A stretch of DNA of 47,600 bases from Hydrurus foetidus (taxonomy: Eukaryota). This document shows positions 16,242 to 29,600 of the stretch, in pieces. The position numbers were made by a program, and so were the translations under genes. A model generated the notes under the pieces. It was not told the DNA's origin, did not search any database, and saw nothing but the letters and a program-made list of their open reading frames with translations. Within the stretch, counting starts at the first letter, position 1; each line of letters begins with the position of its first letter. The stretch spans positions 1 through 47,600 of the forward strand of contig UYFQ01000398.1 in NCBI GenBank assembly GCA_900617105.1. The letters are read 5' to 3'.

Positions 16242-19200
16242 ATATGCGTGAATAAAGAAATGTTAGCAATTTTATTTATTCAGTAAATATTGCTATCTCA
16301 TGATTATACGCTCATGACAACATAGGATGAAAAAAACGATACTTAAAATCCTACGAAACTGCTGTAAATTAAACAAATTAATATATTAACAACTAAAAAT
16401 AAATAGATAAATAAATTGATAAACAACTAAACAAGTAAACATAAATAAACAAATAAATAAAATAAATATTAAATATGAATAAAAAAAAACAAATAGGAAT
16501 GAAAAAAAAACAATGACATTTTAAATAACTAACCTTGTGCACCATATTCCGTTCCTTGACGTATTGTGGATTTAAAATTTTCAACATTTCCTTCATAGCC
16601 TATTTCATTTTTCAACAATTTCGACCCTCTTTTCATCCCCTTACACGAATTCTTTTTTACTTGATATATCGTAGATCGCCGCGAATTCGCTAATCTCTTC
16701 GAGTATTCGCCTGGTGTTTCTCTGTCACAAGAATAGATGCTGAAGAAAGGTGCTCTAGTAAGAACCTCAGTCGCAGCATCATCAGATGAATCCTTCAAAA
16801 AAGGAAAAGAAGAGAAAAATAGGAAGAAAGGAAGGAACGAAAAGAGAAGGAAGGAAGGAAGGAAATCAGCGGCAGGCGGCAGCAAGGAAGCGGCGGCGGA
16901 AGGAAGGAAGGCGGCGGCGGAAGGAAGGAAAGATCGTCAGTCGATCGATCAGATCGCAAGATCGATCGCTCATCAAATCCGAGATCACAAAAAAAAGGAA
17001 AGAAAAAAGAAAAAAAGAAAAAAAAGGAGTTGAGGGAATGAATTACTAATACAGTATTTTAGTCGTTTAAAAAAAGATCAATAAAGTAGTAATGAAAGAG
17101 AGATAAAAGAAGCAGTAAAAAGAAGTGGAATTAAAAGTAGAATATACAGTGAAAAAAGAGAAAAATTATGTTGACCAGTCGTAAAAATAATCGCTAACTT
17201 TTCGTCGAACTAAGCCGTTAAAAGAGTAACTGTAATATGCAATATCTTACCGTGAAATCCGTTATAACGTCTATCGAAAATTCTGTTGCGGAAATTTCTA
17301 GACTCTCTCTCACCTACGGTAAATGAAAATGAAAAAATTGGTAAATATAAAAAATATTGGTAGCGATGTAAAGTGGTAGAAAGGAAAGTAAGGTGATGTA
17401 AAAAATGACGGAAATATAGGTGCTATAAAAAAGAAAGAAAAGAGACATAAAAAGTTAGATAAAAAAGAAGAGGACAATAAGAGGAAAGGTAAAAAAAAAG
17501 AATCAACATAAACATGGAAATGAAAATGAACAGAAAAGAAAAAAAAAGGATAAACAGAAGTCGAAAATAAAAAAATGGACATATTAATAGTCAAATTGAA
17601 ATAGTGTACAGAATATTTTAAAAGTACAAGTGCGAACGTTCTTAGGAATGATGAATGCAATCACGTAAGTACTGAAACGTTCGTTCTATCAAAATAATTC
17701 TGAGAGATCGATGACAACAAATTTAAATATACACATGCACACTTACGTACGTTCACAAGTACGTACCATGGAGGACTCTCCGAAGAAGAATGTTCCAAGA
17801 GAATGTTCATCGTTTGAAGATTTTCGTGCGTACTAAAATAAGTTCCGGAAAGCGGTTAAGAATTTAATTGGGTTGATAGAAGATTTGAGAAGGGAGCTTG
17901 TCATGACATTGCAGTTATCATTTTGGTTGTTCATGCCGTAGTGAATTCGTTTTGATTATTCCGTTTTTTTGCGTTTTGAAATCGTGTAAGATTTAAAAAA
18001 AAAGAAAAACATTGGATTCTATTTGAATGTATACTTTTTGACGAAATCTAAAATACAGAATTTCGGCTGGGGGGAGAGAGGTTGTTTAGAATGCAAAGAT
18101 TTTTGAATGAATGTAGATTTTCAGATTTATCATTTTCAGAGCCACTCAGTGAGTACGTTAATTAAAACGTACGTTGGAATGATAGTACGTACAAAACAGC
18201 AGAGTACGTAACTTCAATAAATTTTTTCTAAAAAAGTATAGAAAGCAAACAGCAAACATATCATCTATAATAATTAAATTATTTCAGAAATGGACCCAAC
18301 AAAACATAAATAAGTCTTACTATTTACATAAACTTTCGGTATGTAATTTTCTGATACATTTTACTTTTTAATTCTTTTCGTTAAAATTTTAAGACTCATA
18401 CCTCATTGTGATTCGCGTACCAAATTAGTTTGTCCTCGTGCAAAACGAAAAAATATTTGTCATACGGTTTGTTCATGTCAGACAACTTCTTTCTCTTCAT
18501 GTATAAATATCCTAAGGATAAACAAAAGTAGGAGAAAAAAATGTGACGAGAGGAAATTACTTTATTTTTTCAGTAAATATAATTATTTGATTGTTTTATA
18601 TGCATGTGACAAAATGGGAAAAAAGAAACAATAAGTTATTTTTGAAATTTTACGAAACTTGTGTAAAATAAAAATACGAAATACATAAGTATACAAATAA
18701 TTAAAATTATATATAAATGACTAAATAGATTCACGATTAAAATGATGATAAAATTTTGATTTGAATAGAATGAAAAACAAATTATCATAAGAAACAAAAA
18801 AAACGAGATGTTATAATGAGTCTGATAACGAAAGAAACAAAAAACAACACAATAACATTTTAAATAACTAACCTTGTGCACCATATTTCGTTCCTGGACG
18901 TATGGTAGATTTCAAGGGTTCAATATCACTATAATGAGTTATGCAAATTTTCGAACTTTTTGATCCGACCTCCGTTCCATCACTAAAATAAATTTTTTTC
19001 ATCCCTTTTACTGGATTATTTTCTACATGTACTTTAATAGATTTTAGCCACTTTAACATTACGATTTTCTTTTCGAATACAATTGTTACTAGTTGATCAT
19101 GTGTTGTTAATTCAAGTTGATATTTGTATTTATTATCCCTTGTAAAATTGGAACGTACAGCGCGTACGGATCGCAGATTACTATGAGATGAATTGTATCT

Positions 19201-20958
19201 ATACAATTCTATCCCTCTTCTTTTGTATGCATACGGAAAATCGCTTCCCACTTTATACCATATTAATAATCCACTATATAATATAAAATCTTTCTTAACA
19301 TATTTATTCGAAAGAATACACAGCATTGAATTTGTTGTACCATGTTCTGTGAGATATACTACGTCGCTTTCGACAATTTCAAGACTTTGCATCGGAATTA
19401 TTTTGCTACAAATATTTGGCGATGTAAACGCTGATCGCCATTTATCCATTTGTTTAATAATCCCAAAACAGATGTCTATGTATCCCACACAGTTTGATGT
19501 TGAAGTTGAAGTTGATGTTGGTGAATTGTAACCGTCATCAAAATAGTCCATAGCAGCTCCTGCTTTCAAAAATAATCTAACAATAAATTGTCGATTTTTC
19601 GGCATTGTTTTGTCGATTATAGGCTTCATACTGTCAATTCTGTCCAAACCAATAGATGCATAATTTCTCGCACCTAAAATACAGCCTGATAAAGGTCGGC
19701 GAAAATAAATGGAATCCCATCTAACATCTATATATCTCCTACTATATTTGTGGAGAGATTGATGATAGACCATTGCCCAGCCAGCCATTCGGCTTGTTAC
19801 TTTGTCACCACTGTCACGCATGAATAGAACGGTCTTGGGAAATGTTGCCTCTTCAATGATATCGCATGCTTCGTTGTAAATCATATTTGTCACATCAACT
19901 CCATTAACAGCCAGAATGTGATCGTTCACACTGATTATTCCCAACATTTCAGAACGATCTGGTTTTCCATCATCGAAAAGATAAAAACTCGCAACGACAA
20001 CACCGACAGGACGAGGCAGAACAGCGCCAGAACCCGTTTCATCATACTCTGTCCTAGCTCTCAGATTCAACCCTAGCGGACCTTTCGTTCCATAAGTGTG
20101 TTCGTACCGCGACAAGGTCTTGTTATTTTCTGTTTTGTAATATGCGTCATCTATATTCTGAGCTGCCATAGAGACGACTGCACTCAGCTGTTGCGGTCTG
20201 CATGAGTTTATGGCAAGTGCCCATCGAACCATAGAAGCTTGATCCTCAGCGACAAGGCTGTAATTCATATCATCGCTCTTCAAAGTCAGAGCGAATTCCG
20301 GGGATTCTGACATCCGAACGTCAGTTATACATGACATATCAATATGCCCACTTTCAACTGATTTCCCCAAGTTATCCTCGGAGAAAGCCAAGAAGTGCAC
20401 TTTCTCCAAGCTTGGACGAAAATACATCTTCTGGTGTGTATGACTGCTAGAACATTCTTCGACACCCGTTTTATGTGAAGGTGGGAAGGTAGCCATATAT
20501 AGCCATCCGTGAGGTGCGTCAAACCAATTGTCTTCGAGCTCCTACATGGCGAAATGAAAGTTTATTGATGTGATAAAGCATCTGGCAAGAAAGATATTCT
20601 TAGGATAGTAAACTGACCTCGACAAGTTTGTCCACTAGGGGGTTAAGACTGTCCCCCATAGATCTCAGTGATTTTTATCTCGTGATTTGTCCGCAGACGT
20701 CAATGTTGGTGGTGCCTCTGACAAATGGCGTAGTGCACGGAGGTTTGACTCAAGACTTCGTTGGAACTCAATTGACTCTCTAATATGTCTGGACTCAGAG
20801 TTAGATGGATGCTGCAGCCTGTAATTCAACTGTAACTTGTAACCTGTGACCTGCTGTAACCCTCCGCAAAAGAATTTGGATGAAAATTCGGTGTACAAAA
20901 ATGATGGAAGATTTCGTACGTCTTTTTTCAAAAACTGATCCCAGATCTTCGTGTGGGG

Positions 20959-22201
20959 CAAGGGGGTATAGAAGTGAGAGGGGGCACTTTCAAGCTCCCG
21001 CCCCGCCCAGATTTTTCTCACCGTCTCCTCACTCAAGTTTCAAATACCCGATGGCAAGGTAGCAGTAGCAGCGTTCGCATGCTATATTCACATAGGAAAC
21101 AACCATCAGTCCCGCAACCACGATTTGAGAAGACTTGCGCTCTCTAGAAACGAAGTGCTCACCTGATGATGTGAGAATTTTATTGCTTTGGTATTTTATA
21201 ACTGCAAAATTCACCGCTATTGTTATTGAACCTGAAAGACCAACATGATATTGAATCAGCCTCTGAAGCGCATCTGCACCACTTTCGTGTAGTGCTACTT
21301 CAACATGATTTCTTGCAGTCGGCAAATTTGGTGCAGATGCGCTCGAGAAATGATAATTTTCTGACCTTCGTATTTTTTTGTCGCTACATTGCTTGAAACA
21401 GGTGGCGGCGGTAGGAGCCACTGCGAATCAGCGTCCAGGATTTCGGCAACAATATCATGCCAGATATAAGCTGCTTCTGCCGCTGTTTTGGTAATCTTAG
21501 GAGCAGTGCGGTCGATTTTGCTCGCTCGTAGAATTGTTGACTCATCGAAACCCATGATTTTTGCATTGAATCAGGTGTCGGCGACAAGAATCGTCGCGAT
21601 TGAGTGGCCAAGACTTTAGCAGCGACATCACGGTAGGTGTTTGTCGCTTTTGCCGCTGTATGGACTCACATCAGTGCTGTGTGGTCGATTTGGTATGTAG
21701 ATTTCTTGACTCATGGAAACTCATGATTCTTGCATTGAATCAGATGCCGACTGTAGGAACCATTGTGAATGGGCATCCAAGACTCGGCAGCGATATTACA
21801 GCAGGTTTTAGCTGCTTCTGTTGCTACGTGGGTGGTCATCAGAGCACCGCGGTCGATTTGGCTTGTAGAATAATTGATACTGCATACTGCTTACTCCTTT
21901 TGTAACGCGCATATGACACTTATAGTAAAACCAAAAAAAATCAAAAAAATATGATACATTGTAATCTTAATCTTTTAGCATTACTGCAAAATTTCAGAGA
22001 GTCTCTTAAAATTTTTAATGGTCAAATTGCATATCAAGACGTCGAAAATAGGCGCTACAGCGACCAGTGATAACGTACGTAAGGGGAGAACGTACGTTCT
22101 TTTGGGTATTTTGTTTTTTCAAAATTCAGGTGGGGCTGGTCGGCTGGTGTGAGAATCCCTCTGAGTGGAAGAATGCCCCCTCTCTCTTCTATACCCCCTT
22201 G
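20959..22201. mobile_element. Non-autonomous TIR DNA transposon, P-element-like, 1243 bp
   Basis: 28-bp TIRs CAAGGGGGTATAGAAG(T/A)GAGAGGGGGCA (20959-20986 / 22174-22201, 1 mismatch) and a 7-bp direct repeat TGTGGGG on both sides (20952-20958, 22202-22208). Removing it rejoins host codons ...PEATPH|TKIWDQF. CA-starting termini with 7-8 bp TSD fit the P superfamily. Confidence 0.85.
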
Positions 22202-22551
22202 TGTGGGGTGTCGCTTCTGGCCGCTGTGGGCTGTTGGTGGGTTCAGTTTAGTCCGCCATAACGGGACGCACGTTCTGTACACTGTGCTGTGTACTGTGGT
22301 CACAGGAACAAATACAGTTTTTCGGCAAAAAAACGTATGATGTACGCGACATGAGGAATGAGGGAGTGGATTAGGCTCGGATTGCCTAGGATTTTTGAAA
22401 AAGTTGCCTGGGTCTGAAAGAATCTGACTCCTGAAAAAAAAGCTCTTTGTAAAAATAATAATAATTGAAAGTGCATGAAAACTGATGAGAACCAGAACGA
22501 CTCCTTTTAAAAGAACATCATGATAGCAAATAATTGACAGGGAAGAAACAA

Positions 22552-25126
22552 TCAGACATCGTCAATATCATCAGTTGATACATCGTGAGTCTCTGCAACG
22601 TTGATGTGATTGTGCTGTAGCATTATCGAACACTGAGTGTAGTCTTCAAGCGATTGTCTCATTTGACTGACTGTGAAAGAATTCTTCAAATAAGAAAAGA
22701 CCCTCTCAGCTGCAGCGGAAGATGGTGCTAACGTCATACAATATCGTGCAAATTCAGACATTGCAGGCAATGAAGAATAGTGACGCCAGAAAATCATACA
22801 CCGTTGCACTTGAAATTTAAAATTCCCTTCAGAGTGCGTTGATGGAAAATCTCTCAAGATTCTCTTGTAGGTATTCCATTCGCCCACGATCTTGTTCACA
22901 GTGTCAGTGGAGAAACGTTGCAGGCTCTTAAGTGCATCTCTGAATTCCATTATACATCCTGGATCTTGCACTCTCTGACGCATTGCTATGGGGTCAGCAA
23001 ATCTACAAATCGCAAAAATCTCCAGATCCGGGCTCAGCTTCCCCATTATTGTTGAGTTGAAGTACGCCACCCTGTCTGAAAGGAATTGTCGTTCATGATC
23101 ACTTGCATTTTCGATAAGAGTGTCGCGATCTTTCCCTCTATGTTGATCTTCACCATCCATGATTTTGTCAACGTAGTCGGCTAATACCTCTGATACACCA
23201 GGAAATGTGAAATGGTCAGTACATGTGTTGAGCCATTCTTGGCAGTCAACGATAGTATCGTATGCCACCAGCGAACAGCAGCTGTCACCTTCTAGATCGT
23301 ACGTTGCTTTTATCAGTTTGTCGCATACAATAGATAGGATGCTTAACTCAAACTTCAGTAAGCACCTTTTTTCCAGCTCCTCCATAGTGCTGACAATTCT
23401 CTGCATTCTGATACTTCTTTCCATGTCGCCCTCCAAGTGTGCAGTTTCGCAAAAGCGAGATAAATCCTCAAAACGTTTGTACAACAAGGTCATTAGCTCC
23501 AGATCTGCCCATGATCTGGTTTTGCCTGGCGGTTTCCAACACTCTTTGAAAACTTGGAACATATGTGATGCTGCCTTGTTGTTGCCCCCATGAGCATTTA
23601 GCAATGCACATAAATCTTCCTTGAATGGCTTGATTGCGCTCGCAACCATATGCTCTCCAACATGGGTGATGGTGTGCGACAAGCAGTGAAGATTGAGCTA
23701 CCCCTTGAAGAGCCCTAATAGAGCGACCATACTTGCTTCGTTAGCGCTACTCCTGGAAAGACGCTACTCCTCCAGCTTCAATTGCACCCGCTCTTAGTGA
23801 ATTGCCGTACCCGATTCCATATGTTCCGTACACAATCGTATTGATCGAATTCAGAATCTGCAAAGAACGTTTCAGCAAATAGGGTTTATTTTTTTATCAC
23901 ACGTAAAACTGTATTGTTTAATTACCTGCCGATGATTCTTCAGCTTTTCGTATTTTCCCAAGTGTGCTAAGTCTTGAACGATATTGAATTCTTTTGTTGT
24001 ATACCGGAAGATAACAGCAAGGATTTCATCCACCCTTGTAGATCCATCGAAAATAACCGTCACCTCCTTCGCATCTTTCAAAGAATCCTTTATCCGACCT
24101 GTTTCTACATCTGCAATCAGCGGAATGTAGCTCCTCATACGTGAGGAATCAGTCAGTGATCTACCAGATATCTTCTCCAAATGAGAACGAAGCCCATCCA
24201 CCTTGATTACAGATGAAGATCAAAGTTGAGCGTATCAGTTTTCTTGCATAGGAATTATGTTGAATGATTTACCTTCGAAATTGGTGTCCCACTCAACATA
24301 AAGGAGCGCACAGTGTCCATGCGAAACTGGCTTCGTCAAGTGTACGGCCTTCAAGGTCCGGATTGAGGCGTCTTTATTTTGACAAAGCGTTCCCCAGTGC
24401 TTGATCCTCAAGCAGCTTCTTCCCCTTTACAGCTGATTTCATTTTGTGCTTCGTAGATGAGAGATGTCTTGCTGTATGCGATTTGTTCGCGTTGATTGTT
24501 GTCATGCAGACTTTGCACCACAGTTTTGTGCGACCGTCGACTGTCCTCATCTCCAAATTGTTCATTCGATCATCTCTAACCCTCAAAGCGATCTCTAACT
24601 TGGAGTCTTGTCGACCCACTTCTTTCCCTGAAGTCTCCAGCTTCCTTTCCGAGCGATTGCGCGCACGCACAGAGGGAATTGGAACATCCGTATCCTCTAC
24701 TGATGTCAGAGTAACATTCCCCACCTTCCTCGTCCTCTTGATCTGTATGGGATCGTAATCAAATGTCGGAGCAATTGGTCTCTTTCGACGTTTCTCAGGA
24801 GCGTGATAAAAATGATCTTCATCATCCTCGTTCCCATTATCGGATGCGTCATGTGATTCTCCGTCCCCACTATCGAATGCATCATGCAAAGCTTCAACTA
24901 CTGTTTGAACGGCTGAAGATGATGATTCCACCTGCTCTGTTGACCACTGAGTTCTCGAATTTGTCTCATCCTGACTGACCAATCGGTCGGATGATTTGAC
25001 TGCAGAAATTACTCTCGCTTTCACGAAATATGAAGCAACGCTTTTCGACGACATGTCTTGATACTGGATAATGATGCTGCAATTGCTGTAATTGTCAATG
25101 AGATATGAGATGATCGCAATTTGCAA
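22552..25126 (-). pseudogene. Degenerate hAT-superfamily transposase, intron-containing
   Basis: N-terminal zinc finger WCKVC...RHLSSTKH; first catalytic D in VIFDGSTR; C..H motif HCLSH; C-terminal dimerisation motif APSSAAAERVFS. Broken by stops and frameshifts near 24375, 24330 and 23700-23755. Probable introns near 24271-24202 and 23925-23860. TIRs not confidently located. Confidence 0.85.
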
Positions 25127-26316
25127 ACCGCGATGATAATTTCAAATGTCTTTCGTCTTCCGTCTTCCGTCGTCTGTGTTCTGTGTTCTGTGTTTTGTAT
25201 TTCTGATGTATTCTGTATTCGGGTAAACTAAAGTTGAATTTTTCAGTATTCAGTCGATATAGCGGCGATCAGCAAGTCAATTACTTGCTGTATTTTGATC
25301 GTGTCATAAACAAGCTGTTTTGATCCCTCATTTCATTTTGATAAAATAGGAGCTTTTTTTTAGCTCGTGCAATGAAGAAACTTACATTTGATTTCATGCC
25401 GGAAGTAAATTGCCACTCGATCTATTCACTACACGTGATGGGGTTGCCGCTTCAGTTGTCGTATGGACGTTCAAATGTATTATTCGCCACATTGAATACA
25501 GTACAGGAACTGTGCTGCAATTCTATCGCGTGGGGCAAGTATAGAGTGCGGTAGAGCACCAATGGAGAACACTGATATTTAATATTAAAGATTCACCCAG
25601 CGAATAATGATCAGGAATAATTTTCTAATATCTACGAGTGTAAATAAATATCAGAGTGGGAGACAGAAATCGACATCATTTTTAGAGGAATTTGATGAAG
25701 TGTCAATTTGATGAAATGAAATGATCATGGAAATAAAGTGGGGTCGATGAACTCGATGTATTACAAAAATTATCAACTTTATAAAACCACAATACAGTGA
25801 GTATATGTGTGTAGGTAAGAGTTAATGGAAATAAGTGTAAAACATATAATAATAATCGTATTATTACAACTCATAGCTGCATTTGGCTCCATTTTATGTA
25901 ATCTATCGCATGAGTGTTGTGCCATGGGCTGATTAAATGAGTGCGAAATGATATTATTGGTTCAAAACAACTGCAGTAAAGTACCGCAGTATTCGTCTAA
26001 AACACCCTTAGAATACAGCCAAATGTTGAACTATTATCAAGCAAGATATAAAACTGCTATGTATATGTATTATGATCATCATCTTGGCGGATTTGCTCGT
26101 GACAAGCTCGGCGCGGCCATCAGCCCTAATAAGGTCAGATGCTTCTATTTATGACTTATCCTATTTCATAAGAAAAAATGTAATACATTTTTTAAATGCA
26201 TTTTTGAGCTTCTCACAACCTGGTTACCCACTCCTCAAAGTTTGACGAGGTAAAAGTCTAATCTTCACTGTGAAACTCGACATTTCACCCTAAAGTTGCC
26301 TGAGTGCCAGCTGTAA

Positions 26317-26485
26317 GGCTACAATTCACGGGAACGCTAAAAAGTTTCCCATATAACTTTTTGCCATAAAATATGCGGAAAAAGGAAAACTTTCCTATAA
26401 AAAGGGGTAGTTTAGGGTAAATTTCAAACCCTACCATAAAATAATTATATGGGAAAACTTTTTAGCGTTCCCGTGAATTGTAGCC
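26317..26485. mobile_element. PIF/Harbinger (Tourist-type) MITE, 169 bp
   Basis: About 40-bp TIRs GGCTACAATTCACGGGAACGCTAAAAAGTTT... and TAA TSD at 26314-26316 and 26486-26488. Confidence 0.9.
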
Positions 26486-26698
26486 TAACCGGGTTACAGC
26501 TAAAAAGTGCCCGGCCACCCTCCCTGGGCAAATCTCGCCAAAGCCCGGAGTGGATAGTGGATGACAGATGACAACTTCTTCTTCACTTCCACCATTAACT
26601 TCTTGCAATCGCATCAATCTATAGGGGTAATCTTTCGAGATCTTCGTTAGCATCAAGGATATCAGTAGGGACCACCTGCTTCCAAATTTTCTGTCGCC

Positions 26699-29600
26699 AT
26701 GAAAGATCGGAAGCGCCACATCGAGAAGGAAAACACTTCTGGAAAGCAACAGCGCACGGCTGTAGATTCTACTCGTAAGGCCTCTACATCTGCGAAAACG
26801 AAAAACAAACCAGCAGTGAGTGAAGAAGATGACGAGGATTGCGAGGATAGCGAGGAGGAGAACGATGTCTCAAGGGCTCTTTTTTACTATGCCGACAGTG
26901 TGATTGCCGAGGGTTTACAGTCCAAGGGAATGGAGGAAGAGTTGATGCAAGCTAAGAAAGCGCTTGAGAAATGCAAATTTCTGCTCCTCCACCAGAATCC
27001 CCTTCTGAGTAAGATGCTTAAGAAAGCTTGCAGCCGAGACATGAGTGACAATAAAGTTCCACCAGGGAGTGCTTCTGTGCTGAGAGATCTCGAGGATGAT
27101 CGATTTCTGCTTAGTTTGGTATGCATTAATTGCAGCAAATTGGAAGCAATAGGAGACCAAAACTTTGCCTCGTCAATACGTTCATTGAGAGAGGCGTTAG
27201 TCTTCTTTCCTAGAAGTGCTGAAGCGAATGAGAACATTGCACAACTTTTAAGAATTCAAGCAGATACGCAGGAGAAATTGAATTCTGTGGAGAATCATCT
27301 TCGAAAAGCCGGCAGCTGTAAAGAACAAATTCTTGCATCCTTGAAATCTGCCGCGGAATGTTCTGCAACATTATCTCTCCTAGCGAAGGAAGCCGAAAAA
27401 CAAACTTCAACGTCAAGTAGCGACTCTAATAAGGTGGCTGTAAATTTCTCAGAAAGTTTCGCCAACAAGGAAGATTTGAAAAAGTCTTCCACAAACAAAA
27501 TAAATGATGATAGTAACGGAATGAAAGTACAGAAGGAGGGAGATGGTGAGAGTGAAAGTGAAAATGAAAATGATGATGATGATGACGCTGATATGTTGGA
27601 AGAAGAAATGCAATTTAAAGTACTGAATAGAGAGCTTGATGCATCAGTAAGAGCGACTGAAAAGCTCTCTCTTCTTTTATGTCAAGAAAATAGATGTGAT
27701 GAAGCGGAACAGTACCTCACCGGTAGCAAATACGTACTCCGATTATCTCGTGATGTACTTTGCTACCAAATACCGGATGAAGAAATTAAAAACACAAATG
27801 ACAACAATGATATGGAAAGAGTGCAAAAGTCAAGCATAGAAAACGATGATGATGAAAATGATGATAAAATTGAAAGTAAGAAGTACGTACGCGTCACAGA
27901 TAACATGCTAACACCATCTTTCCTAACACATCTTCAACACGTGTTCCGACCTACGTCGCCGTTCTGGTCGGAACATCAGTACGACTCTACTGTAAATTCT
28001 TCCCGTACTTCCGGCTATTTTTCGTACGCTTACAATTTACGTGACTCTCCGACTAATTCTATTGAGCAAGCTATTCAGATTTTGTACAGAAAAGTGAAAG
28101 AAATGTTTCCAGGGAAAACGAGAAGTGTGTGTGGAGAAAATGAAAAAAAGGTAGGCAGAAAAAAAAATGAAAAAAATGAAATGCAAAAAATCGAGTGTGA
28201 TGTGACAGGAGGTGAAGTGGAAAAAAATGAAAATGTGAAAGATAGGGCAGGTGTAGAGGAAGAAGGGGATGAAGAATGTTTGTACGCGGAATGGTGGGTG
28301 CATACTAGACCACACACCTCTGGCCACCAAATGCATTTCGACTCAGATAACGAAGGTAAAGAAAGGGAGCTGATGAGACAAAGAAGAGAAGTATAGGATA
28401 TGCATATTATTTTTTAGATAGATAGCACTGAACAATCACGGAACATTCTAATGTCATGCATTTTTTTTTCGCTTTTTAAGGCTTAACGAGATCGGATGGA
28501 AAACCCGTTCATCCCGTATGTTCTACCGTACTGTACTTACAGGTGTGATAATTGTACGTTCATTTTATCATATTTATGCTTTATTATACATGATTCCCTA
28601 CTGGTATTTATTTGGTAATTTTACTGAATTTTTTATTTAATTTTTTTCTCCTTTCTTTTTTTATCTGATCTTCTGAATTGCAATTTTGCCTGTAATTTTA
28701 TATTGTTAATTTTTTGTATTATTTTTCGATTACAGTTGTCAGTTGTATCTACCTTACTAAATTATTTTATTTTTATTTTCGGAATATCTACAGATTGGGT
28801 AGATTCTTTTACGTGTACTGTATTCTGTATTCTGTATTTTGTATCCTATTTAAAATTGGATAGAGTTTATGATGTCAAATATGAATAACACATTGCTGTC
28901 TTCGCGCATTAATATAAAAACACAAATTAGTTGCTCACAAATAATAAGTTAAGATGTATATAAGTGATTAGACTACGAGTCCGTTATACAATACACAGCA
29001 AATATTTACATATGTATATATGTATACGTATTAGTATCAAATAAGAATGCTTCTTCTTTTCTCTGCACTATCTTCTTTTCTCTACTTCTTTTCTCTGCAC
29101 TATCTTCTTTTCTCTACTTTTTTTCTCTGCACTATCTTCTTTTCTCTACTCCTTTTCTCTGTATTAATATGCGGCTCAAGGCACGTGTGTTATCGCTGAT
29201 ACACTTTAATCTTTAATACTAACCCACCCCTATGAACGGCAATGCACTCACTACACGGTAACTGTAAAGGGTGTGTTTATTGTCGTTTATAGGGGTGGGT
29301 GCGGTACTGAAGATAATAGTGTATCAGATTGGATCTGCAATAGAAGACGTGCCTTGAGCTTTTTAACTGTTAACATAATAGGATTATCTATGAAATTTAT
29401 TTTATTTAAATGCAACAATATGATATCACATTATGATGCCTTATTGAAGTGTTTTATCGTCATATCTTTTTACAACATCACATTTTTATATCAAATTCTA
29501 ATGCCACATTTCATTATCACATTATAATGTCACATTATAATGTATATTATTGTAGGAAGGAGTAGGTGGTCCTACCTTAGTAACCGATCAGGTGTTAGGA

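Noticed and set aside
22351..25335. TGAGGGA / TCCCTCA as hAT terminal inverted repeats
   Set aside because: Match is too short and there is no 8-bp target-site duplication.
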